Below, one piece after another: positions 18,296-28,055 of a stretch of DNA of 64,000 bases. This DNA is from Saprospiraceae bacterium (GTDB lineage Bacteria; Bacteroidota; Bacteroidia; Chitinophagales; Saprospiraceae), in NCBI GenBank assembly GCA_026993525.1, contig JALWSS010000019.1:11096-75095 (forward strand). Direction: 5' to 3'. The notes under the pieces are model-generated. The model made no database searches. It was given only the letters and a program-made list of their open reading frames with translations, and was not told the DNA's origin. Both the position numbers and the translations under genes were made by a program. Position 1 is the first letter of the stretch, and each line of letters opens with the position of its first letter.

Positions 18296-19570
18296 ATGCC
18301 ACCATTAGCAGACAGGATGCGACCGAAGACCCTGGAGGATTACGTGGGGCAGGAGCATTTGGTGGGCCCCGGTGCCATTCTCCGGCAGTCCATCGAGAGC
18401 GGGCAGTTACCCTCGATGATCCTGTGGGGGCCGCCGGGTGTGGGTAAAACCACCCTGGCCGGAATCATCGCCAACAAGCTTGACCGGCCTTTTCATACCT
18501 TGAGTGCCATCAACTCCGGTGTGAAGGATGTACGGGAGACGATTGAAAAAGCAAAGAGTCAGCGCTTTTTCAGCGCGCCCAATCCGGTACTGTTCATTGA
18601 CGAGATCCATCGCTTCAGCAAGTCGCAGCAGGATTCGCTTTTGGGCGCTGTGGAAAAAGGTGTGGTGACCCTGATCGGAGCCACCACGGAGAATCCCAGC
18701 TTTGAAGTGATACCCGCATTGTTGTCACGTTGCCAGGTATATGTGCTGAAGCCGTTGGGGAAAGAGGAGTTGTTGGCCCTGGCCAACAAAGCCCTTGCTG
18801 AAGACGATGTTTTGAAAACAATGGATATTCAACTGCTTGAGTATGAGGCCTTGCTGCGCTTTTCGGGCGGGGATGCCCGAAAGTTGTTCAATGCGCTGGA
18901 ACTGGTGGCCAACCTCCATGCACCAGGCCAAAGCCTCGAGATCACCGATGAGCATGTCACAAAAGTTATTCAACAAAACCTGGCCCTGTACGACAAGCAG
19001 GGCGAGATGCACTACGATATCATCAGCGCTTTCATCAAAAGCATCCGGGGTAGCGACCCCCAGGCAGCGGTGTACTGGCTGGCCAGAATGGTGGAGGGGG
19101 GCGAGGACATAGAGTTCATCGCACGGCGGATGATCATTGCCGCGGCTGAAGACATCGGCCTTGCCAATCCCAATGCCTTGCTGATGGCCACCACCTGTCT
19201 GCAGGCCATCCGGACGGTTGGAATGCCGGAAGGACGCATTATTCTTTCAGAAGCAGCCATTTACCTGGCCACATCGCCCAAAAGCAACAGCGCTTATGCC
19301 GCCATCAAAAGTGCCCAGGACACCGTGCGGAAAACCGGAAAATTGCCGGTTCCTCTCCATTTGAGGAACGCCCCCACCAAACTGATGAAGGACCTCGGTT
19401 ACGGAAAGGATTACGGCTACTCGCACAATTATGAAAACAATTTCAACCTCCAGGAATACCTGCCGGAGGGGCTATCCGATTCACAGTTTTACGAGCCGGG
19501 TAAAAACCCGCCGGAAGACCGGATCAGGCAGTGGTTGCGCCAGCGATGGAAAGAAAAGTATGGATATTGA
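18296..19570 (+). CDS. rarA: Replication-associated recombination protein A (AAA+ ATPase)
   Basis: Walker A GPPGVGKTTLA, Walker B VLFIDEIHRF, and a C-terminal MgsA-type domain (YDIISAFIKSIRGSDPQAAVYWLARM). Confidence 0.9.
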   Translation: MPPLADRMRPKTLEDYVGQEHLVGPGAILRQSIESGQLPSMILWGPPGVGKTTLAGIIANKLDRPFHTLSAINSGVKDVRETIEKAKSQRFFSAPNPVLFIDEIHRFSKSQQDSLLGAVEKGVVTLIGATTENPSFEVIPALLSRCQVYVLKPLGKEELLALANKALAEDDVLKTMDIQLLEYEALLRFSGGDARKLFNALELVANLHAPGQSLEITDEHVTKVIQQNLALYDKQGEMHYDIISAFIKSIRGSDPQAAVYWLARMVEGGEDIEFIARRMIIAAAEDIGLANPNALLMATTCLQAIRTVGMPEGRIILSEAAIYLATSPKSNSAYAAIKSAQDTVRKTGKLPVPLHLRNAPTKLMKDLGYGKDYGYSHNYENNFNLQEYLPEGLSDSQFYEPGKNPPEDRIRQWLRQRWKEKYGY

Positions 19571-19576
19571 ATGGAT

Positions 19577-19692
19577 GAGGAATGAGTCCACTGCAAAAAG
19601 TTATATCCTTGTCGAAAAATGTAACTTCATCTGAACATAAGTCGGACGGAGTCCGACAAGATGGGGTCCCGGACAGAGTCCGGAACCAGCGT
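19577..19692 (+). mobile_element. Partial copy (one arm) of the MITE-like element seen at 29267-29528
   Basis: Starts with GAGGAATGAGTCCACTGCAAAAAG. Contains GTCGGACGGAGTCCGACAAGATGGGGTCCCGGACA and ends GGAACCAGCGT. All three blocks match the reverse complement of the right arm of the 29.3-kb element. Confidence 0.65.
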
Positions 19693-20374
19693 AGTCATTT
19701 TTCAAACATAGGAACTCAACTCGTGATCCAACGCTCTGGGAGAAAGAGTTTTTTGGCAATGCAACCGTAGCTCTTGTGTTCTACAACCTGTTACACATTT
19801 GCATGCTTTTGTATGGTATAAAATTCGATTTTTCAAAACCGGTTATGTCAATTGAGGCAGCGAAAACGGCTAACAATACTTCCCCAGCTTTGGCACAATG
19901 CTTGCCCAATTGACAGCAACTTCCCCCACTTCGAAAATCTTCCCTCATCATTTCCCTCAGAAAGATGTCCCCCTTTTTCTGCGCCAGTGCAGATCAGACG
20001 AATTACAACAACAACTATTTGAGCAAGGCATGAGCAACAACTACTCATTTCCACACCCTTTTCAGGTTTCTCTCCGAGTAGTCGAAAGCTGTCGCTTTCG
20101 TTTTCCCATGTTCTCAAAATGCTGTTCCTGACTTCATTGCCGCAAGGCGAAAGGACACTTCCTTGCTCAGTGTGAAAGATTGATACTACCCGCCCCCCAG
20201 GCAGGCATTACGCTGCGTGCCGGTACAAGATAAATTTTGGGTTTATAGTGTTTTTTCGGGCTAAGCCCGGCTGTTCTGCAATGGCAGACGGCCGGCGCAG
20301 CCCTTTTCGCAGCTTAACCGCAAAGCACTGTTCCCCAGCCTGTTAATTTACTCACATAATTAAATCGCAGTCTT

Positions 20375-23300
20375 ATGCACAAATCCTACATTTACCCTAA
20401 GCTGATCCTTCTGGTGACGTTTTTGGCGCTGGGCCTCTCCAGTGCTCATGCACAGTTGGAGTTCAAACTTCAGCTCATGGACGATACCACCTGGGGTGTC
20501 TATGTCAGGCCTGATACCACCATCACGCCGACGAGTTCAACAATAACCGGTTCAGGTCAGGTAACACTTGTTGCACCCACCGGCTTTACTTATTCCGGGT
20601 TCACCAACGTCAGTGGTACCTGGCTGGAAAATGCCCGGGTGAATGCACCACCGGAAAATCCGACAAGGGATTACATTTCTTTCGGTTTTCAGACCGATAA
20701 CCCGCAGATTGTTTATCAGGCTGGGTCGGAAACATTGCTTTTCAAATTTGTTCGGGTCGGTTCCTGTCCCGATTCTTTGTATTTGATAGAAAACGGTGTC
20801 GATCCTTTTGATCAATTGCCTAACTCGGCCAACTCCAACCCCGGCAACGACCTATCGGTAGTTGATTACGGGGCTTCCGCATATTATTACTACTCAAGAA
20901 ATTATGCCCCTTCTGCCTGGAGTTGCCACGACTGTGACGGTGACCAGATCCTCAACGGTTTGGAAGACACGAACGGTGACGGCTCCTGGACAGTGGGTGT
21001 GGATACCTCAAATCTTTGTGATCCCTGTGATCCGATACACGTGGAAACGGCCGAATTGGATTATTTAGGGGGGTACAATACGATATGTGCCGGCGACGTG
21101 GGCGACACGGCCTACCTGGTGGTGACCATCAACGGAGGCTGGGTGCCTTACCAGGTCGTTTATACCGATGGCACCAACGTAGATACCATTTCCAATTTCC
21201 TCAGTGGAGATTCCATCGCAGTCGTTCCGACTACAAGTTTGAATTATACCCTTACTTCAGTAATAGACTCCTTTAATTGTGTGATCAATCCCGATTCCAT
21301 TGTCGGAAACATCCCGATCACAGTAGAAGGTCCGATTTCATTCACTGCAGATCCGGTGGATGTGACCGAATGTTCGGGCAACGGAACCACATTCTCTGTA
21401 ACTGCAACGAATGCCGGCGCAGGAACCATTTATTACAACTGGCAAGTGAACAGCGGTTCGGGCTGGGTGGATATTTCGGATGGCACACCTTACAGCAATT
21501 CTACCACCAATACCATTACGATCAGTGATGTGGCGGGGTTGCACGGCAACCAGTACCGGGCCAAGATATACACCGACGTGTGTGACACGGTATTCTCTGC
21601 AGCAGCTACCTTGCAAGTCGAGGGTCCGGTTTCCGTCACTTCCAATCCGAGCAACAGTACCATTTGTGATGGTTCGAACACCACATTTACCGCTGCTGCC
21701 GTAAACGCAGGTGCCGTAGGTACACTTTATTACCAGTGGCAGGTGAATACTGGTTCAGGCTGGGTTGATCTGACCAACACCTCTCCATACAGCGGAGTGG
21801 CAACAACTACCCTGACCCTCACCGGAGCTACGGTCGCATTGGACAGCAACCTGTACCGGATGAAGATATTCACCGGGCAGTGTGATACGGTATATACCAA
21901 CTCAGCCATGCTGGATATTGAAGGCCCGCTTTCGGTAACCGACCAGCCCGATGACGTGTCAAACTGTGCCGGCAACGAAGTGTTCTTCTCACTGGCTTTC
22001 AGCAATGGCGGTGGACCTACCAGTGGTGTTTCCATTCAATGGCAGGAGAATACCGGCTCCGGATGGGTTGATCTGAACGATACACCGCCCTACAACGGTG
22101 TTCAGACCGACACCCTTGCCATCACCAATGTGATCGGGCTCGATGGTGCCCAGTACCGCGCCTATATTTATACGGGTACTTGTTCCAACGTGTACTCCAA
22201 TGCGGCTACCCTGAATGTGAACGGCAACGTCACTTTCTCAGACCATCCGGATGACGTAACAGTATGTTCGGGCAATGATACCATCTTCGTGGCGGCTGCA
22301 TCCATACCTCAGGGATCGTTCACTTACAACTGGCAGGTCAGCTTCGACAATGGGGCCACATGGGTCAACCTCAGCGATACGTTGACGGTGGATTCGGTAG
22401 GGCCCACCGGCGATACCCTCTTTATCAGCGATGTGGCAGGAATGTACGATTACAGGTTCCGGGTGCAGGCTTTGTCCTCCAGTTGTGATCCTGTCAACTC
22501 CGATGAAGCAAGGCTGACGGTTGAAGGCCCCATTTCGGTGAATACGCATCCTTCTGACCAAAGCCTCTGTGCGGGTGAGGCAGTGCTGGTGAGTGCCGCA
22601 TTTGACAACCCGGGAGGAAGTACAATATACCGTTGGCAGGTTTCAACGGACAACGGTGCCACCTGGTCCAACCTGTCCAATACAGGTGGCTACAATGGTA
22701 CCTCTACACCAAACCTGAGTATTGCGACGACAACAGGTAAAGATGGCTACCAGTACAGGTTGAGTGCCCGTACCGGAACCTGTAACATCCTGTACACCAA
22801 CGCAATGACGCTGACGGTAGAGGGCCCGCTTACCGTAACCTCGCATCCAACTGCTGTGACGACCTGTTCGGGTAAGGCTACCTCGTTCTCAGCCGCTGTA
22901 TCCAATGCGGCTTCCGGAACCATGAGCTACATCTGGCAGGAAAGCACCGATGGTGGTAGTTCGTGGAGCAACCTCTCTGATACAGGTGTGTATTCCGGAA
23001 CAACCACTACTACTTTGAGTATTTCAGATGTGGCAGGGCTTTACGGCCGCTGTTACAGAATGAGGACGACTACCTCAGAATGTTCAGAGGTGTTCACCAA
23101 TGAAGCCTGCCTGACGGTAGAAGGTCCGTTGAGCATCGTTGACGAGCCCGATACGGTGTACCAGTGCTCTGGAGAGCCGGTGTACTTCATCGTGGGTGTC
23201 ACCAATGGTTCAACCGATGATCCCAATACTTATTACCAGTGGCAGGAAAGTGCCGACAACGGTGCGACCTGGACCGATCTTTCAAACGATGCCACTTACA

Positions 23301-26300
23301 ACGGTATCGGCACCGATACCATGAGTATCGCCAACACTACCGGATTGGACAACAACCTCTATCGCGTGTTGACCTGGACGGGCACCTGCGACACTTTGAC
23401 CTCCGCAGTGGCTCAGTTGCTCATCGAAGGTCCGATCACCGTTACGGATGAACCGGACAACGTTACCGAATGTAGCGGTTCGGGGGTAACCTTCCAGGCT
23501 ACCATAGCCAATGCCGGTCTTGGCACCGTGTTGTACCAGTGGGAGCGTTCTTGCGACGAAGGAGTCACCTGGAGCGGCATCACCGATGGTGGTGTGTATT
23601 CCGGTGCTACCACCACTACCTTGAATATCTCAGACATTGCCGGCCTGGACAGTTGTCGTTTCAGGTTGCGCTACTACACCAGCAACTGTGTGAGCGATTA
23701 CACCAACTACGCCGTTCTGACGGTGGAAGGCCCCATCTCAATTGATGTGCTTGGCCAGCCACAACCGGTGACTGCCTGCGCTGATGAGACGGTTAACTTC
23801 GGCGTAACGGCACTCAATACAGGCTCTGGACAGATCACCTACCAGTGGCAGACCAAAGCTGGCAGCAGTTGGGTGAACCTGAGCAACAACAGTATTTACA
23901 ACGGTGTCACATCCTCGAATCTGAGTGTGGTGGCGGCTGGCTTGAACAATACCTGTTACAGGGTGCTGATACAGACTGCGAATTGTTCTTCTGTCGCTTC
24001 TGACTCTGCCTGCCTGACCGTTGAAGGACCGATCTCTTTCACCGACCATCCTGATGACATCACCCAATGTTCCGGTGAGTCCGTGATCTTTGTCGGCTCG
24101 GCAGGGGTGGCTGTCGGCACCAGCGGCACCATTTCTTACCAGTGGCAAATATCCAGTGACGGGCTTAACTGGACCGACCTTACCAATACCGCTCCTTACA
24201 GTGGTGTTACCAACGATACACTGACGATCAGCGATGTGGCCGGTCTGAACGGGCAGCGATACAGGCTTACAGCCCGAACCACAGAATGTAACCCGGAGAA
24301 CTCCAACCCGGCACGACTGACGGTTGAAGGCCCGCTGACAGTGACAAGCAATCCATCTGACTGGAGCACCTGTTCTGACAAAGAAGCCTTCTTCGCCGCC
24401 CAGGTCTCCAATCCCGGTGAAGGGTTTGTCGAGTACCAGTGGCTGGTAAGTACAGACGGAGGGTCAACATGGGGACTCATCAACAACGACAGTATCTACA
24501 ACGGTTCGAAGACGGATACACTGAGCATCAGCCCGGTTTCCGGCAAAGGTGGCTACATGTACAAGCTGCAAGCCTGGACGGGCACCTGCGATACGGTAGA
24601 AACCACGGCTGCAACGCTTTCTGTTGAAGGACCACTGACCTTTACCGATGAACCCGACGACATCACTGTTTGTGCCGGAGGGGCTGCATCCTTTACGGTT
24701 GCCATTGACAATCCAGGCCTCGGTTCAGTCTCATACCAGTGGCAGCGAAGCACCAACGGCGGGCAAACATGGTCCAACCTGACCAATACCTCGCCTTACA
24801 GTGGGGTCACAACCAATACCCTGGCGATTTCAAACTCGTCGGGCTTGTACAACAACAAGTTCAGGTGCCGGATCAGCACGGCCAATTGTGAGTGGGTGGC
24901 CTCTACCAACGCAACCCTCTTCGTTGAAGGCCCGATCACCATTGACGTTCAGCCGGTAGATGCAACGGTATGTTCCAACATCGGACACCAGTTTACCTCT
25001 ACCATCAGCAATCCCGGAGCCGGTGTGCTGTCTCTGCAATGGCAGGTGAGCAGCAATGGCGGTTCCACCTGGGCAAATGTCTCCAACGGCGCCATCGGCA
25101 ATGGCGGTGTTTACCAGGGTGCTACTACCGATGACCTTAACATCAGCCTGGTTGAAAGCCTCGACAGCTACCAGTACCGCCTCATTATCAGCACCAGCCA
25201 GTGTGATGACACCACCAATGTGGTGACGCTCACAGTGAACGACGCCTGTACCACCGGCACCTGTGACCTCGATCTCGACGGTACCATCAACGACCTGGAT
25301 ACCGACGATGACAACGACCAGTTGACCGACTACTGGGAGGACTGGATGACCGTCCACAATACCCTGGATGGTTGGAATTACCTGGACAGCAACGGTGATA
25401 CCCTCGCCTATGACAGGTGTCTGACCGACAGCGATGGCGACGGCTTGCTGGACAATCAGGAAGACCCCGATGGTGATAACATCAACAACGGAGAAGAGAC
25501 CGACGGCGATGGTGTATTCGACGGTAACCCGCTCGACCCGTGTGATCCGGTTCTCGGACCAACCTGTATTGGCATCAACATCGCCATCAAGGTGCGCCTC
25601 CAGGGTGGATTCCTCACGGCTCCATCTGATACACTGATGCAGGATCACCTGCGTGAAAAAGGCTACATACCAACTTCTGAGCCCTATGAGAACATGCAGT
25701 ACTTCACCCACTCCGGCGATGGCGGAGGCGAAGTGATCTCCGACAGTGCAGGGGTACTGGGTGCAACCGGTGGCAGCGCTGTCATTGACTGGGTTTTCGT
25801 CGAATTGAGAAGCTCGCTCAACCTCGACAGTATCTACCAGACCCGCTCTGCACTCTTGCTGGCCGACGGTCATATTGCCGATGTGGACGGGGACACGGTA
25901 CTCCATTTCCCAACGGCGAACGCAGGATCGTTCTATGTGGTCGTCAGACACCGGAACCACCTGGGTGTGATGACTGCCGAAGCACTGGACCTCAGTCCAA
26001 TCGTTCAGGTGATTGACTTTACCGATCCGTCGTTCCTGACCAACGGCATCTACGCCCAGGTGACCCAAAGCGGGGCACCGGCCATGTGGGGTGCCGACCT
26101 TAACAGCGACGGACGAAGTATCTACCAGGGTCCGGGCAATGATGTGCAGAAACTGTTTACCACCGTGGTGAGCGACACGGGTAACACTGGCTTTATTGCA
26201 AACTACATCAGTTCCGGCTACCTGACGGCTGACATTGACCTGGACGGACGAGCGATCTACCAGGGTCCCGGCAACGACCGGGCGAAGGTACTGTTCAACG

Positions 26301-26368
26301 TTATCCTCGCTTATCCGGCCAACGGCAGTAACCTCGCCAACTATGTGATACTCGAACAACTCCCGTAA
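20375..26368 (+). CDS. Giant (1997 aa) secreted adhesin-like protein: 13 tandem Ig-like repeats, Asp-rich Ca-binding-type repeats, conserved C-terminal region
   Basis: Signal MHKSYIYPKLILLVTFLALGLSSAHAQ. Thirteen ~95-100-aa repeats each start (V/I)EGP(I/L)(S/T) and contain C...Y-x-WQ...W...Y-R...C. These are followed by DxDxDG-type stretches (DSDGDGLLDNQEDPDGDNINNGEETDGDG). The C-terminal ~370 aa carry two D-x-(D/N)-x-DG-R-x-IYQGPGND motifs. No canonical T9SS CTD is seen. Confidence 0.85.
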   Translation: MHKSYIYPKLILLVTFLALGLSSAHAQLEFKLQLMDDTTWGVYVRPDTTITPTSSTITGSGQVTLVAPTGFTYSGFTNVSGTWLENARVNAPPENPTRDYISFGFQTDNPQIVYQAGSETLLFKFVRVGSCPDSLYLIENGVDPFDQLPNSANSNPGNDLSVVDYGASAYYYYSRNYAPSAWSCHDCDGDQILNGLEDTNGDGSWTVGVDTSNLCDPCDPIHVETAELDYLGGYNTICAGDVGDTAYLVVTINGGWVPYQVVYTDGTNVDTISNFLSGDSIAVVPTTSLNYTLTSVIDSFNCVINPDSIVGNIPITVEGPISFTADPVDVTECSGNGTTFSVTATNAGAGTIYYNWQVNSGSGWVDISDGTPYSNSTTNTITISDVAGLHGNQYRAKIYTDVCDTVFSAAATLQVEGPVSVTSNPSNSTICDGSNTTFTAAAVNAGAVGTLYYQWQVNTGSGWVDLTNTSPYSGVATTTLTLTGATVALDSNLYRMKIFTGQCDTVYTNSAMLDIEGPLSVTDQPDDVSNCAGNEVFFSLAFSNGGGPTSGVSIQWQENTGSGWVDLNDTPPYNGVQTDTLAITNVIGLDGAQYRAYIYTGTCSNVYSNAATLNVNGNVTFSDHPDDVTVCSGNDTIFVAAASIPQGSFTYNWQVSFDNGATWVNLSDTLTVDSVGPTGDTLFISDVAGMYDYRFRVQALSSSCDPVNSDEARLTVEGPISVNTHPSDQSLCAGEAVLVSAAFDNPGGSTIYRWQVSTDNGATWSNLSNTGGYNGTSTPNLSIATTTGKDGYQYRLSARTGTCNILYTNAMTLTVEGPLTVTSHPTAVTTCSGKATSFSAAVSNAASGTMSYIWQESTDGGSSWSNLSDTGVYSGTTTTTLSISDVAGLYGRCYRMRTTTSECSEVFTNEACLTVEGPLSIVDEPDTVYQCSGEPVYFIVGVTNGSTDDPNTYYQWQESADNGATWTDLSNDATYNGIGTDTMSIANTTGLDNNLYRVLTWTGTCDTLTSAVAQLLIEGPITVTDEPDNVTECSGSGVTFQATIANAGLGTVLYQWERSCDEGVTWSGITDGGVYSGATTTTLNISDIAGLDSCRFRLRYYTSNCVSDYTNYAVLTVEGPISIDVLGQPQPVTACADETVNFGVTALNTGSGQITYQWQTKAGSSWVNLSNNSIYNGVTSSNLSVVAAGLNNTCYRVLIQTANCSSVASDSACLTVEGPISFTDHPDDITQCSGESVIFVGSAGVAVGTSGTISYQWQISSDGLNWTDLTNTAPYSGVTNDTLTISDVAGLNGQRYRLTARTTECNPENSNPARLTVEGPLTVTSNPSDWSTCSDKEAFFAAQVSNPGEGFVEYQWLVSTDGGSTWGLINNDSIYNGSKTDTLSISPVSGKGGYMYKLQAWTGTCDTVETTAATLSVEGPLTFTDEPDDITVCAGGAASFTVAIDNPGLGSVSYQWQRSTNGGQTWSNLTNTSPYSGVTTNTLAISNSSGLYNNKFRCRISTANCEWVASTNATLFVEGPITIDVQPVDATVCSNIGHQFTSTISNPGAGVLSLQWQVSSNGGSTWANVSNGAIGNGGVYQGATTDDLNISLVESLDSYQYRLIISTSQCDDTTNVVTLTVNDACTTGTCDLDLDGTINDLDTDDDNDQLTDYWEDWMTVHNTLDGWNYLDSNGDTLAYDRCLTDSDGDGLLDNQEDPDGDNINNGEETDGDGVFDGNPLDPCDPVLGPTCIGINIAIKVRLQGGFLTAPSDTLMQDHLREKGYIPTSEPYENMQYFTHSGDGGGEVISDSAGVLGATGGSAVIDWVFVELRSSLNLDSIYQTRSALLLADGHIADVDGDTVLHFPTANAGSFYVVVRHRNHLGVMTAEALDLSPIVQVIDFTDPSFLTNGIYAQVTQSGAPAMWGADLNSDGRSIYQGPGNDVQKLFTTVVSDTGNTGFIANYISSGYLTADIDLDGRAIYQGPGNDRAKVLFNVILAYPANGSNLANYVILEQLP

Positions 26369-26400
26369 CACGGAATATGAACCAACCGATGAATGGCAAA

Positions 26401-26428
26401 GCCTCTTCGCTACGGCGGAGGGGCTTTT
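26401..26428 (+). terminator. Rho-independent terminator candidate after the giant gene
   Basis: GCCTCTTCGC-TACG-GCGGAGGGGC forms a 10-bp stem including 2 G-U pairs. It is followed by TTTT and preceded by AAA, so it could act in both directions. Confidence 0.6.
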
Positions 26429-26457
26429 GCTGTTAGGAGGTTTTTGGAGGTTTTTGA

Positions 26458-26476
26458 TCCCGAGGCAAGCTCGGGA
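26458..26476. repeat. REP-like hairpin family H1 (loop complemented)
   Basis: TCCCGAGGCAAGCTCGGGA. Confidence 0.9.
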
Positions 26477-26534
26477 TTGGAGGTTCTTAGAAAGGTTTTT
26501 TAAAGGTTTATGAAAGGTTTTTAAAAAGGTTTTT

Positions 26535-26914
26535 AGAAGGTTTTTTTCTATTCTTCAAAATCACAGTAATCAATCAATCACAATAATCAAGGTCAGTTTT
26601 TAGAAGGTTTTTAGAAGGTTTTTTTCTATTCTTCAAAATCACAGTAATCAATCAATCACAATAATCAAGGTCAGTTTTTGTCGAATCACAGTAATCAATC
26701 AATCACAATAATCAAGGTCAGTTTTTGTCGAATCACAGTAATCAATCAATCACAATAATCAAGGTCAGTTTTTGTCGAATCACAGTAATCATTCAATCAC
26801 AATAATCAAGGTCAGTTTTTGTCGAATCACAGTAATCAATCAATCACAATAATCAAGGTCAGTTTTTGTCGAATCACAGTAATCAATCAATCACAATAAT
26901 CAAGGTCAGTTTTT
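26535..26914 (-). repeat. 47-nt minisatellite, 7 copies (two in a 78-nt super-unit, five in exact 47-nt phase)
   Basis: AATCACAGTAATCA(A/T)TCAATCACAATAATCAAGGTCAGTTTTT(GTCG) starts at 26559, 26637, 26684, 26731, 26778, 26825 and 26872. The copies are nearly identical. Confidence 0.95.
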
Positions 26915-26951
26915 GGGAGGTTTTTTTGAGGATTAACCTATTTCAGGACAA

Positions 26952-27021
26952 GTCAACCCGTCACGCGTCACGTGTCACCCGTCACGTGTCACCCGTCACG
27001 CGTCACGAGTCACCCGTCATA
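26952..27021. repeat. Heptamer array NGTCAC(G/C), 10 units
   Basis: Reads GTCAACC CGTCACG CGTCACG TGTCACC CGTCACG TGTCACC CGTCACG CGTCACG AGTCACC CGTCATA. It ends 75 nt before the sigma-factor ATG. Confidence 0.95.
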
Positions 27022-27096
27022 CGCCACTAAGCAACCTGTTTGCATCTTTGTCCTGTAAGTTGCGAAGCGAACAAGAGACCAACCAACCGAACCCAG

Positions 27097-27642
27097 ATGA
27101 GCGAGAAGGAACTCATACAGGCTTGCAAGGCCAATGACAGGAAGGGGCAAAAAGCATTGTACGAGCTTTATGCGCCTGTCATGCTGGCCCTGTGCCGCCG
27201 CTATGTAGGGGTGCTGGAGGATGCTGAGGACGTGATGGTGGAGGGCTTCTTCAAAGTTTTTACGAAGATAGACTCGTACAAAGGGGAGGGGAGTTTCGAG
27301 GGGTGGATCAAAAGGATCATGGTGAACGAATCCCTGATGTTTTTGCGGAAGAACAATCCGCTCAGATTTTCCGAAGAGATCACTGATCGCATGCGGGGAG
27401 TGGAGTTTCCCGGCATTGATTCAAGGCTTACTGCCGGGCAGATCATTGCCTTGCTGGATGAGCTACCCCCCGGCTACCGCACCGTATTCAACCTGTTCGT
27501 TATCGAAGGATACAAACACCGTGAAATAGCTGAAGAACTGGGTATCAGTATCAACACTTCCAAATCGCAGTTGATACTGGCCAGGGCCCGCATGGCGGAG
27601 CTGGTGCAAAAGCGCCTGGGCATTCAGCCGCCAACCAAATGA
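27097..27642 (+). CDS. ECF-type RNA polymerase sigma-70 family factor
   Basis: Start at ATG 27097 (MSEKELIQACKAND). Region 2 (FEGWIKRIMVNESLMFLRKN) and region 4 HTH (YKHREIAEELGISINTSKSQLILARARM). Confidence 0.85.
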   Translation: MSEKELIQACKANDRKGQKALYELYAPVMLALCRRYVGVLEDAEDVMVEGFFKVFTKIDSYKGEGSFEGWIKRIMVNESLMFLRKNNPLRFSEEITDRMRGVEFPGIDSRLTAGQIIALLDELPPGYRTVFNLFVIEGYKHREIAEELGISINTSKSQLILARARMAELVQKRLGIQPPTK

Positions 27643-28019
27643 GCGAACCTGTAATGAAAAAACAACCGGAAATCATGGAAACGCAATTCAAAGAAGCGGC
27701 AAGCAAAATACGCCTGCAGCCCTCCGGGCGTGCCTGGCAGCGACTCGAGCAAAAGCTGGATCAGCACCACAGTGCCAAAAGGCGTTTCATCCAACCCTGG
27801 GCCTGGACGGTGGCAGCTGCCCTGGTATTGGCATTGTCCGTGTTATGGTGGCATCGCCCTTCGGGCAACGGGCTCGAGCAATTGGTTCACAGCCAGCCAC
27901 CTGCCTCCCTGGAAGAACTCGAGGCTACCGGTTCCTGTGAGCCGTATTGCCTCATGATCCGCCATCGCAATGAACTTCCACTGGATTATCGCTATCCACC
28001 CGTAGTTGCCGTTCAGTAA
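27639..28019 (+). CDS. Putative anti-sigma factor (single-pass membrane protein)
   Basis: ATGA start/stop overlap with the sigma gene. One TM helix (WAWTVAAALVLALSVLWW). Confidence 0.6.
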   Translation: MSEPVMKKQPEIMETQFKEAASKIRLQPSGRAWQRLEQKLDQHHSAKRRFIQPWAWTVAAALVLALSVLWWHRPSGNGLEQLVHSQPPASLEELEATGSCEPYCLMIRHRNELPLDYRYPPVVAVQ

Positions 28020-28055
28020 TTGCTCAACGTTGTGTCTTTCTTTTCAAGGCCTTTC

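Noticed and set aside
19848-20131. Overlapping 89-aa (minus) and 77-aa (plus) ORFs in the 800-nt gap upstream of the giant gene
   Set aside because: They are mutually antisense, with no motifs, signal or conservation evidence. The region is more likely a long 5' leader or promoter.
24830-26371. 513-aa ORF on the minus strand
   Set aside because: It lies entirely antisense to the 3' part of the 1997-aa gene. It has no motifs and is rich in V/G/A/R, as expected for a shadow frame in GC-rich coding DNA.
26535-26914. CRISPR array interpretation of the 47-nt repeats
   Set aside because: The units are directly adjacent with no unique spacers, they are AT-rich without the usual repeat palindrome, and no cas genes are in the window. 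This is a minisatellite, not a CRISPR array.
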